Shown: in pieces, positions 34,025-45,556 of the stretch
How the letters are laid out: every line of letters begins with the position of its first letter
Numbering within the stretch: position 1 is the stretch's first letter
Virus record (IMG/VR): IMGVR_UViG_3300021387_001390
Location: 2,054-66,053 of that record
From: a virus
Lineage: Duplodnaviria > Caudoviricetes
Strand: one strand, 5' to 3'
DNA length: 64,000 bases
Notes under the pieces: model-generated
What the model was told of the DNA's origin: nothing
What the model saw: the letters and a program-made list of their open reading frames with translations, nothing else
Databases searched by the model: none
Program-made: the position numbers and the translations under genes

Positions 34025-37000
34025 TCAATGAAGATTACTATTTATTTCTTTAAATGACTGTTTAATCTTAGCACTTGCCTGTTGAGCTGCAATGTTCATC
34101 ATCTCAAGTGAATCGTTGACATTACCATTTACAGTCACAAGGCTGCCGACTTGCATTGTGTTTGTCTGTACCTTACCGGCGCCAACACCACTAATGCTCT
34201 GAATAAGCTTTGAAGCAAACTCAGTTGGATTAAACTTAGACCATTCCCAAATGTTTGCAGTTTGGTCTGTAGGCAATACGCTGTCACCACGAGACAAAGG
34301 AGTAAGGATTGCTCCGTCACTTGGAGATAAAATCATTTCCGGACCATCTTCCTGAGTCCATGCAAGCTGATCACGAGAGATGGATTTTGCTCCAGTTGCA
34401 TACTTTTTGATGATCCCTGCTGCTTTCTGCGCTTCCTGCACAGAATTATATGCTCCAATATAAGCTCCGTTAGAACCATGGGCTACAAACTTACCACCAA
34501 CCATATCAATATATGGAGAAGTGGCATTTTGTGCCTCGTTTTGAGCATTAACCAGTTCTCTAACTTTACTTGCGGCATCTGCAGCAGCATCGCCAACGGC
34601 CTTTGCAGCATCTGCTATGCTATTAAGAGCTCCCGCAGCACTTGCACCAGAATACTGTCCATCAATAGTGGAAGACAAAGCATCATGAAGAGCCTCTGTT
34701 AATGCTCTAAGGTTTTCTTCACTGTTCCATGAATCCTGAAGTTGTTGCACAAGATTATCAGCCCTGTTAGAAAACATAGCTGCAAGGCCTTCAGAGGTAG
34801 CGTTTGCCTGATTCTGAAGATCCCATACCTTTGCTTCGACTCCCTGAATCTGCCCAATAAAGTTGGACGATTCCGCAGTTAAAAGTTCTCCATAATGTGC
34901 AATAGCATTTTCACCCTGGAACCATGGAGCTGTAAGTTCTTCACTCATCTGTATTCCGTGGGCTTGTGCCTGAGCAACAATTGTCTCACCAATAAGCTGT
35001 GAGTTTGCACGAATAGCTTCGAAAGAATCAGAAAGAATCTGTTCAACATTAAGAAGAGACTCGTTAAGAGCATCGATTTCGAGCTGACGTGTTTCCTTGT
35101 ACTGCTCAAGTTGCTTATCCAATGCATCCTGCTGAGTCTCTATTGAATGATCATATTCTGTTTCTTCTAAAGTCTCCCTTGCATCATGGAGCTGTTGTTC
35201 AAGCTTTTTACGCTTTGCGATAGCTGAGGCAGATTCATCATCTGCTATAGCTGCAAGTTGACGTTCAATGTCAACAATAGCTTTTGATTCATTAGCTACT
35301 TGCTTACGATAATCATGGAGATCCTTTTCCGCTTGAAGCGCATCCTTTTGAGCCTGAATAAGTTTCGCGTAGGCATCAATCTCTTTGTTAATACCCTCAA
35401 TTACAATATTAACACGTTCTTTATTCAGCTCACGCATTGTTTCAAGAGCTGACTCGGACGCATTTACGGCATCCCACTGTTTCGATTTAAGCTCTGCAAG
35501 GGCAGCCATATACTCAGTCGTACTATAGCGCCCCTCAAGGTATAACTGATTTAATCTTTCGATTTCACTGTTATACTGCGCGACTTGATATTTAGCAAGC
35601 TCATATTGTTGTGCTAAAAGTCCAAGTTGAGCAAGACCCTCGTCCGTCCACTTGTTTTCAACTGTAGCAACAGGATTAGATTCATCATTGATGAGCTGTT
35701 GCATGTTGCTAAGTTCTTCATTGAATGAAGCAAACTGATCCTGAATCTTATTAAATACTTCAGTATGAAGATTAAGGAGTGCATTATCAAATTCCTCAAT
35801 GGCTTTCTTGGAATCTAATATTTTACCCTCTACTTCAATGAGGGCGTTCTGCATTTCAATCCATTCATCAGTACCAACCTCAACTCCACGAGAAAGAGCT
35901 TCGTTGAGCTGTTTAACAAGTGCGGCCTGTTCATCCTGAAGAGATGAAATGATTTTCTTTTCCTGCTCAATTGAACGTGTATAATAGCTTTCACCAAGAA
36001 GTTCGCCTGCTTCAGATAACAAATCCATTTGTTTCTGAATAAGGTCAATACCAGCGTTTTGTCTAAAGTTTATAATATTGGTGAAATCTTCAATGATGTT
36101 GTTGAACTTTTGAAGCTCAAGTTGTCTGATGGCTTCCTTAAGCTTAACGAGCTGCAACTTACAATCAGCAACCTTATCAGCCCATTTCTCATAATCCTGA
36201 ATTGCTTCATATACTTCTTCGTTGCCTTCGCCAACGAATTCATCAATTGCTACAGCACCATTTTGAAGCTTTTCTGCAACTTCTGTTGGAATCTTTGACA
36301 AAGCTTCAGACGCTTTCTGACTATACATACTAATAGCTGAAGCATAACCATTCATCTTTGACTGAATCAAGTCTTCTTCAGCGGATAGGAGAGTGTTCTT
36401 AGCAAATGATCCCACCACATCCTCTAGGTGAGCTTCTAATAAATTAATGCTGTTATCAAGGACCTTAATCATTCTTTCGAAGTAGTCATATAACTGTTCA
36501 AAAGAATCCTCAGCATCTTTTGCGGCATCTGATGCTTTCTTAGCCGCATCTTCTATAGCCTTTGCCTGAGTACCTTTTAAAGCATCAGCAGTAGAAGTAG
36601 GTGTATATCCGAGTTTTGAACTGACCGGAGTTCCACCATTATATTGAGCACGAGTAAATTTAACCTGAGTCTTGGCAGCATCTGATGAATACTTTCGTGT
36701 AATTTGAGCTATTTCAGAATTGATTTCGTTACGTTTCTTTGTAATTGTTGCATCATCATAGCCATGTGAATCAATTGCTGCTTTAAGGCTGTTTGCCTTT
36801 GCCTCTACTTGTGCCATCTCAGAAGCGTACTTAGCAGCACTTGCTGTATCGAGAAAGGCATTTGCGAGTGTTTCAAGAGCTTCAATCTTCTGATTAACAT
36901 TAAGATTTTGATTGCTAAATACTGTTTGCTGAGCAACCAAATCAAAAACTGCAGCCCTAGTAGCATTTGATGCATTACCTTCATCGAGTATTGCCTTTAT

Positions 37001-40000
37001 AACTTCTACAGATGCATTTACCATGTTTGCATCTGAAGCTACCAACGCTTCCTTTACCGCTACTAGTTGAGCGTCAGTCACAGCTTCAACAGTCTTCTGA
37101 TTTACTACATCAGCAGTTGCAGCAGCGAGCTGTTCCTCGACTATTGTTTCAGCATTGATGATACCCATCATCTGCAAGCGAGTAATGTACAATTCTTTGT
37201 TTGTTTCTGTAAGACCTTCAAGGATCCCAGATGTACGAAGATAATTATCTGCAAGAACATTTATAGCATTGGCGTTCTGTTCTATATCACCTGTACCTTC
37301 TCCAAGAAGCTTGAGTGCATTGGCAACCGCATCGGTTTCATACTCAACTTTTTCCTCGGCAGACTCTAAACCTAAGAAGTAATCTGCAATAGTGTCCAAG
37401 TCTCCAAGTTGGAATTTGCCGTTCTCATCTATATTGGCCATTGCAGTACCAACATTTTTGAGAGCGTTTTCCAAATCGTTGAGATCTGAGATTGACTGAG
37501 TAAAGGAGAGAGCTTTCTTTGTTTCTTCAAGTGAATCAGCTGTGCTTTCAGCTGCTTCACCAGTTGCAATCAACTCATTCTTAAACAATTCAAGTGCAGT
37601 CTCACCTGGCCCAAGAATAAGGTCAAGCGCCTCGATTGCTTCTTTTAATCTTGGATATTTCTCAAGAGTCGCATCATCTAATTCGCCAGCCTGCGCCAGT
37701 TTTTCAAGCTCTTCTCTTGTAACTTCAATACCATCCGTGTCAAATATCTCAGAGATTTTTATGCTATTCCATTCTGCGCCGGTGTCTGAATACTGATAGA
37801 CGAGTTTAAGGGCATCATTGACCTGTTTAACTAATTCCTTGGAATCTTCAGTATCCGCCCGTTCTGCGCTATCCCTCATATTCAGAAGTTCAGATTTTAC
37901 TTTGCCAATCTGAATCTGCAAGCCACTCATGTAATCGCTAGTGTCTGACATCAATAACTCTGCTCCCTCAAGGGCAGCCTGTTCTTCTTCGTTCAGTTCT
38001 CGAGTGGCATTGCCATATTCTTCTATGGTTTTAAGTGCACCTTCACGTGCTTCCTGAATCTGTTGGAAAATAGATAGGAGTTCGTTAGGGCTGTCGTTAT
38101 AATCACCTTTGGCTGCTGATTCAAGAGCAGAAGACAGCTGCTCGCTGTAAGAGAAGTATTTTGCTGTGCCATCTGGGTTATATGCATCAGCAAATGCATA
38201 TCCCATTGTATTATGGGGGTCATTTATTTCGTCAGCACTAATGTCACCATAGACATTGTTGAATAGCTTTGAATTCTCTTTGACCAGATCCTGTGCCTTA
38301 AGTTTAAGAAGCTCTTCCTGCTCCATGCGGGCTATCTTTAACAGTTCAGCCTGAGTACGAAGCCTTTCAAGTTCCTGCTGTTCAACAAGAGATATTGTGC
38401 CTTTGCTCTGGATTTCTTCAATCTGCTTTTCTACATTGGAAAGTTCATTATTGGTAGAGTCCAGTTCGTTTTCAAGACTGTTAAACTCTTTTTGCAAACC
38501 TTTGATTTTATCACGTTGTCTGTCGTTCGCTTCATCAACCCATTTATAAAGGGCATAGGTAGCTACAGCAAGGGCGGCCATGATTGTGATAGGGTTTGTC
38601 AGTATAGGGGCAAGCGCTTTAAAAGCACTTGCGAGCTTGGTAGCGCCACTTACTCCGGCACCACCTGCAGTCTCGCCTATTGTTTCTACTGCTTCGGCAG
38701 TCCCTTCTGCAGTTTCTGTTACTTCACCAAAGACATCCTTCAAAGATGAAATGTTCTCTAAGACTCCCTGAGTGGTTTCCGACATATCAGATATACTGTC
38801 AACAGTTTCTTCTGTATCTTTAAATATCTGACCTATATTTTCAAGTGTTGTAGAGTCAAAAGCTTCTTTGATAGGTGCTTTAATTGGTTCTTCGAACACT
38901 TCCTCTGATTCATGGAATATTTGTTCCACTCCTTCAAGGAAGGATGTACCAAAAGCTTCACTTGAGGTATCCCCTGCTTTAGCTGCACTAGCTATAAGAT
39001 CATCAACATTTGCTCCAAATAATGATGAAATTATGCCGCCTGCATTTAAGCCGCCATTGATGGCTTTTATTACATTAGGAATCCTATCAAGATTAAGAAG
39101 TAAATCTCTAAGGCCAAGTCCTGCAATTAGAGTTGGAAGAGGTCCAATAGTAGTAATGATTTCACCAAGAACTTCAGAAATAGTAGTAAGAGCATCTACA
39201 ATTTTGCCTAACATGCCATTATCAATAAGCTCTTGGATGATGCCCACCCATGTTTGCTGAAGACGATTGATTTTATAATCTAAGCTTTCTTCAACTATGC
39301 TCATTTCGGCATCAGCTGAACCAGCGGCTTTTTGCATTTCCTGCATGGCTCGTTCAACTTCCTTGAAGTTTTCCTTACCAAGAACACCGGCTAATACCTG
39401 ACCGCCTCGTTTGCCTGCAAGCGTCTCAAGAAGTTCAGCCTGTTTCTTATCAGACAAATCATCGTATATTTCAGATATATCTTTCAACAACTGATATGTT
39501 GATTTGTATGTTTTTCTTGTTTCATCTGTAAATAAAGTAATTCCCGTAGGATTATCAGCTGTTTTAGTAAGGTCTGCAATTTTACCGGTTAGTTCTTCAA
39601 CACCACCAATATACTCTTCGGTATCTTCATCGTACCCTCTGATCCTCATTGAAATTGTACGAAATGCAGTTCCTGTTGTTTCGGCATTACGTGTAATCTG
39701 AACAGCTGCGCTTTCAAGAGCAATAGTCTCTTTAAGTGAATTGTTAGCAGCAGACATAGCAGCCGAAGAACGTTTAAGCATTTCAACGATTTCTTCGTTA
39801 TTGGTCGCCATAGTGTTACCAGTACGATTTATAACGTCCATTATTTCAGTTTCTACTTCATTAACATCATAATGGAATGCTTTCATTGTACTAACTAATC
39901 CGTCAGTAGCAGTACTTACGTCCATGCCAGGAGATATCTGAGCAAACTGTGATGAGAGAGCAGCCATTTCTGTAGCAGCCTCTTTACTAGAAAAACCAAG

Positions 40001-43000
40001 TCTTGACCAGGCTGCAGCTTGAGATATGATTTCTTTAGTGGTGACACCCATCTGTTTTGCGGTGTCATTTGCTGCAAAATAGAACTCGTTAAGTTCATCT
40101 GCAGTCATTGTAGTAGTTTTCTTTAAATCAATAAGTTCGTAGTCTAGTTCTCTAACTACGGTTATAGCTTGACTTATATATCTAAGCAGGTCTTGCCATG
40201 ACAAATACTGTGCAATAAGCTGAGCATTGACACCCATTGCTCTTTGGCGAAGAGTATCGAAGAAACTCGCACCAAGTTTATCAGCTTCAGTAACACGAGA
40301 CTTTAGCTTTGCAAACTCATCAGCAAGCTTTTGAACTTCAGCTAAAGAATGTTCTGTGTCCCAATCAAGTTTCAGATTTTCAAACTCTTCACGGAACTGA
40401 CGGCCCATGCGAGTATTCTTACGCATGAATTCTGTTATCTGAAGATCAAGTTTTGAAATACTAACACTCTGAGCTTTCTTAAAATCAGAAAGTGCTTTAT
40501 CAGAGTTAATGCCTTTCATGGTTTGTTCAAGTTCTTTGAATGAAGCATTAACTTCATCTATTGAATCGGAATCGGCCTTGAATGCAATCAGTTGTTCACG
40601 AACTTGATCAAGACGATCCTGAAATTCCTTAGTATACTTAGCAGAGTTTTGTAATTTTTCTACATCTTCAATCCAACCGTTAACATCAGACTGCATCTTA
40701 TCACGAGATTGCAGCTCCTGATTATTCAGAATATCTTTGAGGATACCGTCACGTTCATTATCAAGCTTTAAAAGGGCTTCTTCTCTTGATTCTTGGACAG
40801 CTTCAGCAGCATTGATTTCTTCTAAGATTTCTGCAATTCTCTTTTTATGTGATTCAATTTCAGTATCATTTTTAACAATAGTATCTTGGCCAACAAGAGT
40901 ATCTTTATCTACCTTAAGTGACGCTTCTTTCAGGTCATATACTTTCTTGATATGAGTCTCAAGTTCATCGTAAAGAGCATTACTATTACGAAGAGCTTCC
41001 GTGTTAGGCGCAAACTCAACTTTGTTTAATTTACCGGTGCCATTGAAGAATATATCTTTATATTCGGCCGTTTTTTTAGCTCTTTCTGCGTTATATTCTT
41101 CAAGCTGTCTTTTTCCTTCTGCTAAATATTCAGCACGTTTCTTTGCGTACTCGGCATCTTCCTTAGCAGTCTGAATACTAAGAGCCATTGCGTCGTCATA
41201 AACCTTGACTTGTTCCGCAGTGTTGAAGATTTCCTCGTATTCACGTTCTCTTTCCTGCCGTGTTTTTTGAATAGCAGCGTAGTATTCTTCTTCCTGTTGT
41301 TTTCCTTTAGCACGCTCTTCAGTTAATTTCGCTTGGTATTCGGCCTCTTGTCTGTCAAACTCGGCAATGATTGCTTTGCCTTTTTCAAAATCATCAAGAT
41401 CAACTTGAGCCATCTGCACAAGACGCTCATCTAATTTTGCATCTTGAAATTTTCTTATGTTCTGAGAATTATAATACTCATCAACAGAGCCGTTTTGCTC
41501 TAATTCTTGACGCTGGATTCTTAAGGCTTCAGTTATGTCCTTTGTATTTCGACCATATTCTTCGGATTTCGCTATCAGCTTATCATATCTTGCAATTTCC
41601 TGTTCAATGGCAACAGTAAGCTCCTGACCACCCATTTCACGCTTAGTAGGGTTATTAGCATCCTTTTTAACTTTAGCCAGTAACTTATACTCAGCTATCA
41701 GTTTGTCGAGGTTGGTCAATTCTTGAGCATCAGCAGTACCGTTACCTTTAATCCTGTTAATCTCAGTAAGTATTGCGGCACGTTTTTGCTCAAGTTCATT
41801 CAGATCCTGAGCGTCACTTACCGGCTTGCTTACACCGGGAGCAACAGACTTATCATAGGTAGCCTGAATATTATTGACTTTAATTTCTGCGTCTGAAAGT
41901 TTTTTATTCACAGAGTCTATAGCTTTTTGGGCTTTCTGCTGTGTACTTTCTATTGCATTGTTATACTGGACATTGGCCTTTGATATTCCACGGACAGTAG
42001 CATCTGCAACATCAGAGTCAAACATGGACATGAAGTATTTTGTATCATACTTAGGATCGTTAATGAAACCTTCCGTTTCTTTGTGAAACTTTGACGCAGC
42101 ATCTTTAGCTTCATCTAGACGTTTTGTTGCTTCCTGTATCTGAACGTTATATTCAGCCATGTTCTTGGCGTTTGGATTAGCTTTCTTACTTTCAACGTCA
42201 AGATCATGTCCAGCTTTCTTAAGGTCTATAGTTGCTTTGGCGGCTTCACGTACTATGTCTGTATATCTGGATATTTTCTGATAAGCAATAGTATACTGCT
42301 GCTTGCCATTCTTATCTAATACTGGATTACCTTCAGAATCATACTCAGGAATTCTTCTTTGTCTGAGAACCTGACCAACACGAGTCTGTTCACTAAATGA
42401 ACGTCCCTGGTCAATAACGTTGCCCGCTGAATCAATCTCATAGGAATGAGAAGTAGATATAAGATCTTTCTTAGCCTTATCGACTTTCTCAAGAGCATCT
42501 AACTCTTCATGAAGAGCATTTGTGTTTTCTTCATGAGACTCTTCTTCTTGTCTTTCGGCCTGAGTTGTTTCACGAGACTCTTCTTGCGCTTCATCCTGAG
42601 CCTCGTTAGCTGCTTCATTAACAGCACGTTGCTCTTGCTGTGCTTCGGTATTTTCACTTGTTGCCTGACGTTCCTTATTCTGAGCTTCAGCATTCTCTTC
42701 AGAAGATTGAGACTGTTCTTTCTTAGCTTTATTATCAACTTTTCTAGCTTCAGCAAGAGCAAGTATCTCATCATCAATGGCATTCATTGCTTGTTCTTCT
42801 TCACGCCATTCACTACCCATGAATGTACTGTTAATTTGTGCAGACTCTTCTATTGTCTTACCCAAGTTATTATGAAGTTGAATGAGGTTATATAGTTCGC
42901 TACGAATCTCATTATAGTTTTCAACTATTTTGTTTGTTTCTTCTGAAGCCTGCATCCACTGCGCATGATAATCATCATGTTCTTTTCCGGTGGTATTACT

Positions 43001-44005
43001 ACTTAGTTCAAAGAATTTTCGTTCTTTTTCTTCAGCTTCGTCAATCTTTTTATTTAGCTCAACCATCCGCTCTTTGCGGTCATTGATTGCTTTAGCAAGC
43101 TGTTTTTCAGTATTGATTCCAGTGGTTAATGTCTGCCAGTACTCCTTATCTTCAGAAGCGATGCTGAAGTTATTACCTCTACCGACTTTAAAATTTTCAC
43201 GGTGTTCCCTACTGTACCTTTCAAGGACATCGCTTTCCAAAGCAGAAGAAGAGTAGAAGTTGCGGGGAACCTTTATATTTTTAAAAGCATCCTGAAGGGC
43301 AAGCATTTTTATCTTGGCTGCGTCAAGCTGTTCGTTAAGAGAGGAGATAACAGCAGGATCTTTTTCGTCTGCAAGTTTAGCAATAAGTTCATCAATCAGA
43401 ACTTGAGTTTTATTGATTTTTTCCTCTACATCAAAATCAAAGGCACCCTTATCAAACATCTCTTTGGAAGCCATAGCCATTTCTGCATAGGCTTTCCTTG
43501 TCTCTTCAGAAGTCTTGTTAGCCATGGCAATTTCTTGCTCGGCTATTTCTTTAAAAATACTTTCCTGCTTACTTGCAAGTTCTCTAGCAGCAGCATAGAT
43601 CTCATCATCAGACTTCTTCGCATATTCAACAGGCTTTACAGTTCCTTCAACAGCATCTTTTATGTAAACTTTCGTTTTTTTTGCTGCGTCCTTGACTGCT
43701 TTATCATCTACTGTAGGCTCTGGAACAATTTTAACTTTTGTCTTAGCCTCTATAGGCTTTTCCTTTAATGCTTCAGTTATTTCTTTTACTGCTGCGTCTC
43801 GAACTTGTTCACCATCTAGTTCAGTTTCTACATCTCTTACTTTAACTATATATTTAGTATTTCCAACTTTATCCAATCCTTTTTGGATTTTTTTTTCAAG
43901 CTCTTCGGTTTTTTCATCAACTTTCTTATCAATCTTTTCTGCTACACCATCAATAACTTGATTTATAAATTGATCGCCAAGTCCTAGACTTTGTTTCTTA
44001 CGCAT
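34025..44005 (-). CDS. Tape measure protein (3326 aa)
   Basis: TP901-type core (ELDYELIDLKKTT...AAAWSRLG...MKAF), extensive coiled coils, C-terminal KYATG...QEDGPE...GDSVLP. Confidence 0.92.
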   Translation of the reverse strand: MRKKQSLGLGDQFINQVIDGVAEKIDKKVDEKTEELEKKIQKGLDKVGNTKYIVKVRDVETELDGEQVRDAAVKEITEALKEKPIEAKTKVKIVPEPTVDDKAVKDAAKKTKVYIKDAVEGTVKPVEYAKKSDDEIYAAARELASKQESIFKEIAEQEIAMANKTSEETRKAYAEMAMASKEMFDKGAFDFDVEEKINKTQVLIDELIAKLADEKDPAVISSLNEQLDAAKIKMLALQDAFKNIKVPRNFYSSSALESDVLERYSREHRENFKVGRGNNFSIASEDKEYWQTLTTGINTEKQLAKAINDRKERMVELNKKIDEAEEKERKFFELSSNTTGKEHDDYHAQWMQASEETNKIVENYNEIRSELYNLIQLHNNLGKTIEESAQINSTFMGSEWREEEQAMNAIDDEILALAEARKVDNKAKKEQSQSSEENAEAQNKERQATSENTEAQQEQRAVNEAANEAQDEAQEESRETTQAERQEEESHEENTNALHEELDALEKVDKAKKDLISTSHSYEIDSAGNVIDQGRSFSEQTRVGQVLRQRRIPEYDSEGNPVLDKNGKQQYTIAYQKISRYTDIVREAAKATIDLKKAGHDLDVESKKANPNAKNMAEYNVQIQEATKRLDEAKDAASKFHKETEGFINDPKYDTKYFMSMFDSDVADATVRGISKANVQYNNAIESTQQKAQKAIDSVNKKLSDAEIKVNNIQATYDKSVAPGVSKPVSDAQDLNELEQKRAAILTEINRIKGNGTADAQELTNLDKLIAEYKLLAKVKKDANNPTKREMGGQELTVAIEQEIARYDKLIAKSEEYGRNTKDITEALRIQRQELEQNGSVDEYYNSQNIRKFQDAKLDERLVQMAQVDLDDFEKGKAIIAEFDRQEAEYQAKLTEERAKGKQQEEEYYAAIQKTRQEREREYEEIFNTAEQVKVYDDAMALSIQTAKEDAEYAKKRAEYLAEGKRQLEEYNAERAKKTAEYKDIFFNGTGKLNKVEFAPNTEALRNSNALYDELETHIKKVYDLKEASLKVDKDTLVGQDTIVKNDTEIESHKKRIAEILEEINAAEAVQESREEALLKLDNERDGILKDILNNQELQSRDKMQSDVNGWIEDVEKLQNSAKYTKEFQDRLDQVREQLIAFKADSDSIDEVNASFKELEQTMKGINSDKALSDFKKAQSVSISKLDLQITEFMRKNTRMGRQFREEFENLKLDWDTEHSLAEVQKLADEFAKLKSRVTEADKLGASFFDTLRQRAMGVNAQLIAQYLSWQDLLRYISQAITVVRELDYELIDLKKTTTMTADELNEFYFAANDTAKQMGVTTKEIISQAAAWSRLGFSSKEAATEMAALSSQFAQISPGMDVSTATDGLVSTMKAFHYDVNEVETEIMDVINRTGNTMATNNEEIVEMLKRSSAAMSAANNSLKETIALESAAVQITRNAETTGTAFRTISMRIRGYDEDTEEYIGGVEELTGKIADLTKTADNPTGITLFTDETRKTYKSTYQLLKDISEIYDDLSDKKQAELLETLAGKRGGQVLAGVLGKENFKEVERAMQEMQKAAGSADAEMSIVEESLDYKINRLQQTWVGIIQELIDNGMLGKIVDALTTISEVLGEIITTIGPLPTLIAGLGLRDLLLNLDRIPNVIKAINGGLNAGGIISSLFGANVDDLIASAAKAGDTSSEAFGTSFLEGVEQIFHESEEVFEEPIKAPIKEAFDSTTLENIGQIFKDTEETVDSISDMSETTQGVLENISSLKDVFGEVTETAEGTAEAVETIGETAGGAGVSGATKLASAFKALAPILTNPITIMAALAVATYALYKWVDEANDRQRDKIKGLQKEFNSLENELDSTNNELSNVEKQIEEIQSKGTISLVEQQELERLRTQAELLKIARMEQEELLKLKAQDLVKENSKLFNNVYGDISADEINDPHNTMGYAFADAYNPDGTAKYFSYSEQLSSALESAAKGDYNDSPNELLSIFQQIQEAREGALKTIEEYGNATRELNEEEQAALEGAELLMSDTSDYMSGLQIQIGKVKSELLNMRDSAERADTEDSKELVKQVNDALKLVYQYSDTGAEWNSIKISEIFDTDGIEVTREELEKLAQAGELDDATLEKYPRLKEAIEALDLILGPGETALELFKNELIATGEAAESTADSLEETKKALSFTQSISDLNDLENALKNVGTAMANIDENGKFQLGDLDTIADYFLGLESAEEKVEYETDAVANALKLLGEGTGDIEQNANAINVLADNYLRTSGILEGLTETNKELYITRLQMMGIINAETIVEEQLAAATADVVNQKTVEAVTDAQLVAVKEALVASDANMVNASVEVIKAILDEGNASNATRAAVFDLVAQQTVFSNQNLNVNQKIEALETLANAFLDTASAAKYASEMAQVEAKANSLKAAIDSHGYDDATITKKRNEINSEIAQITRKYSSDAAKTQVKFTRAQYNGGTPVSSKLGYTPTSTADALKGTQAKAIEDAAKKASDAAKDAEDSFEQLYDYFERMIKVLDNSINLLEAHLEDVVGSFAKNTLLSAEEDLIQSKMNGYASAISMYSQKASEALSKIPTEVAEKLQNGAVAIDEFVGEGNEEVYEAIQDYEKWADKVADCKLQLVKLKEAIRQLELQKFNNIIEDFTNIINFRQNAGIDLIQKQMDLLSEAGELLGESYYTRSIEQEKKIISSLQDEQAALVKQLNEALSRGVEVGTDEWIEMQNALIEVEGKILDSKKAIEEFDNALLNLHTEVFNKIQDQFASFNEELSNMQQLINDESNPVATVENKWTDEGLAQLGLLAQQYELAKYQVAQYNSEIERLNQLYLEGRYSTTEYMAALAELKSKQWDAVNASESALETMRELNKERVNIVIEGINKEIDAYAKLIQAQKDALQAEKDLHDYRKQVANESKAIVDIERQLAAIADDESASAIAKRKKLEQQLHDARETLEETEYDHSIETQQDALDKQLEQYKETRQLEIDALNESLLNVEQILSDSFEAIRANSQLIGETIVAQAQAHGIQMSEELTAPWFQGENAIAHYGELLTAESSNFIGQIQGVEAKVWDLQNQANATSEGLAAMFSNRADNLVQQLQDSWNSEENLRALTEALHDALSSTIDGQYSGASAAGALNSIADAAKAVGDAAADAASKVRELVNAQNEAQNATSPYIDMVGGKFVAHGSNGAYIGAYNSVQEAQKAAGIIKKYATGAKSISRDQLAWTQEDGPEMILSPSDGAILTPLSRGDSVLPTDQTANIWEWSKFNPTEFASKLIQSISGVGAGKVQTNTMQVGSLVTVNGNVNDSLEMMNIAAQQASAKIKQSFKEINSNLH

Positions 44006-44020
44006 GCATTTTCACCTCCC

Positions 44021-44611
44021 TTACCATCCAAGTTCATGAAACTTACTAAAAAAGATAGGAGTAGCGATGTTCTCAAAGTTTTCAAAAAAGGAATCAAAGA
44101 TTTCGTTAGGAACTCCACGGTACGAAAAGTATTTTCCCTGATAGGTTCCCGACCATGTAGTGTCTTCTTTACTCATAGACGGGACTTCTTCTCCCGCATC
44201 ATTCTCTCTTGTAAACTCATAGGGCCATCTTTTACCTGCAAGTACATAATCAAGAACATCTTCCTTTTTATCCAACTTATATCCATCTGCCATATCCTCA
44301 GCATCTATACGTATAAACAGATAAGGCAATCCGTTTTTATGAAGTTTTCTTGCATGAAAAGCATAGTACAAGTTGGAGCCCTTCATAGTTCCTGGATGCC
44401 CCTCCCAATGTCTTATATATGAGGTAGTTTTGTATAAGTAAAATTGGGTGATCAGTGAATTATACATATTGGTAGCTTCGCGCTGCAATTCATCAACCAT
44501 ATAATCCATGGCAACAGGGATGTCATTCTTTACTTGTTCAATAAGTTGCTTTTTTATTTCTTTTTTTATTTCTTCTCTAGCTTCAGCTAATACTTTGTCT
44601 AGATTTGCCAT
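44021..44611 (-). CDS. Hypothetical tail-region protein
   Basis: 196 aa, AAAGGAGG SD. Confidence 0.75.
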   Translation of the reverse strand: MANLDKVLAEAREEIKKEIKKQLIEQVKNDIPVAMDYMVDELQREATNMYNSLITQFYLYKTTSYIRHWEGHPGTMKGSNLYYAFHARKLHKNGLPYLFIRIDAEDMADGYKLDKKEDVLDYVLAGKRWPYEFTRENDAGEEVPSMSKEDTTWSGTYQGKYFSYRGVPNEIFDSFFENFENIATPIFFSKFHELGW

Positions 44612-44685
44612 AGTAAAACCTCCTTTCAGACGCCACTATGGCATCGAAAACGTCTAGGCGCTATGACACGCCTAGACGCAATATA

Positions 44686-45180
44686 TCAGTCCTTTTTCGC
44701 AATTTTAGCTTGTATTTCCGGAGACATTAACGCCTCACTTAACTTATCAACCGCCATTTCAAAAGCATCTGATTTTGTCTCAATATATGAGACAAGGGTT
44801 CTTGTATTTGCCTCGATGTCATCACGCTCCATGTCAAGCATTCCTCTAAGTATCTTTATTTCGGACTCCGGTATTTCCTGCATGAGTTTTTCCATCAGGC
44901 CTGATTCCATTAGAGCATCGTAAACAATGACAACATTATCTTTTTCATATTCAAGATCTGTATAATTTTCAATCATTTTCATAGTGAAATAAAAAAGCAT
45001 TCCTGCCGTGTTACGCTTATATATTTTTTTCCCATTTACAGTAATGTAAGAGGTGACTTCAACAGCATTTTTTACAAGTACACACTTCTCAGCATATGGC
45101 ATGTATCTAAGCTTTATTCGCTGAGAAAAATCATAGTCTTTCTTTCCTTTTGCAAATTTGATTAGTGCATCAACCTTCAT
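44686..45180 (-). CDS. Hypothetical protein (possible tail assembly chaperone)
   Basis: 164 aa upstream of the tape measure; followed by a strong GC hairpin at 44650-44680. Confidence 0.6.
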   Translation of the reverse strand: MKVDALIKFAKGKKDYDFSQRIKLRYMPYAEKCVLVKNAVEVTSYITVNGKKIYKRNTAGMLFYFTMKMIENYTDLEYEKDNVVIVYDALMESGLMEKLMQEIPESEIKILRGMLDMERDDIEANTRTLVSYIETKSDAFEMAVDKLSEALMSPEIQAKIAKKD

Positions 45181-45191
45181 ATAAACTCCTT

Positions 45192-45551
45192 TTAGTCATA
45201 ACCATTGATATATGCATCAATGTCTTTATTTGTTTCTAATATCTTTCTCATCTCGACAAGGGCTTCATCAACGAACTTACTGAAGAGGTCAAAAGATATA
45301 ACCGGCACAAGAGATGGGAACTTATCAATAAACATACTATAAGCTGCTCTAAGCTTGAGCTGGCCGGTGCCATGAGAATACTCTTTCTCTACGATGATTA
45401 CTGCATAAAGTAACCACTCCTTTACCTTCATCAATTGAGTGCTTGATGGAAGAGAAGAGAACTTCTTAACATAATGAGCACCTACGCCTACAAATGCGCC
45501 TATCACAACAAGCAGTGTCCAATTGTTTACAAGCCAGGTCATTATAATCAC
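45192..45551 (-). CDS. Holin-like protein (LL-H type)
   Basis: One N-terminal TM, then KVKEWLLYAVIIVEKEYSHGTGQLKL. Confidence 0.65.
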   Translation of the reverse strand: MIIMTWLVNNWTLLVVIGAFVGVGAHYVKKFSSLPSSTQLMKVKEWLLYAVIIVEKEYSHGTGQLKLRAAYSMFIDKFPSLVPVISFDLFSKFVDEALVEMRKILETNKDIDAYINGYD

Positions 45552-45556
45552 CTCCC

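Noticed and set aside
44680-44705. -1 frameshift at GAAAAAG before a hairpin (tail chaperone style)
   Set aside because: Not a full XXXYYYZ heptamer, and the -1 frame stops within about 7 codons; the hairpin fits a terminator
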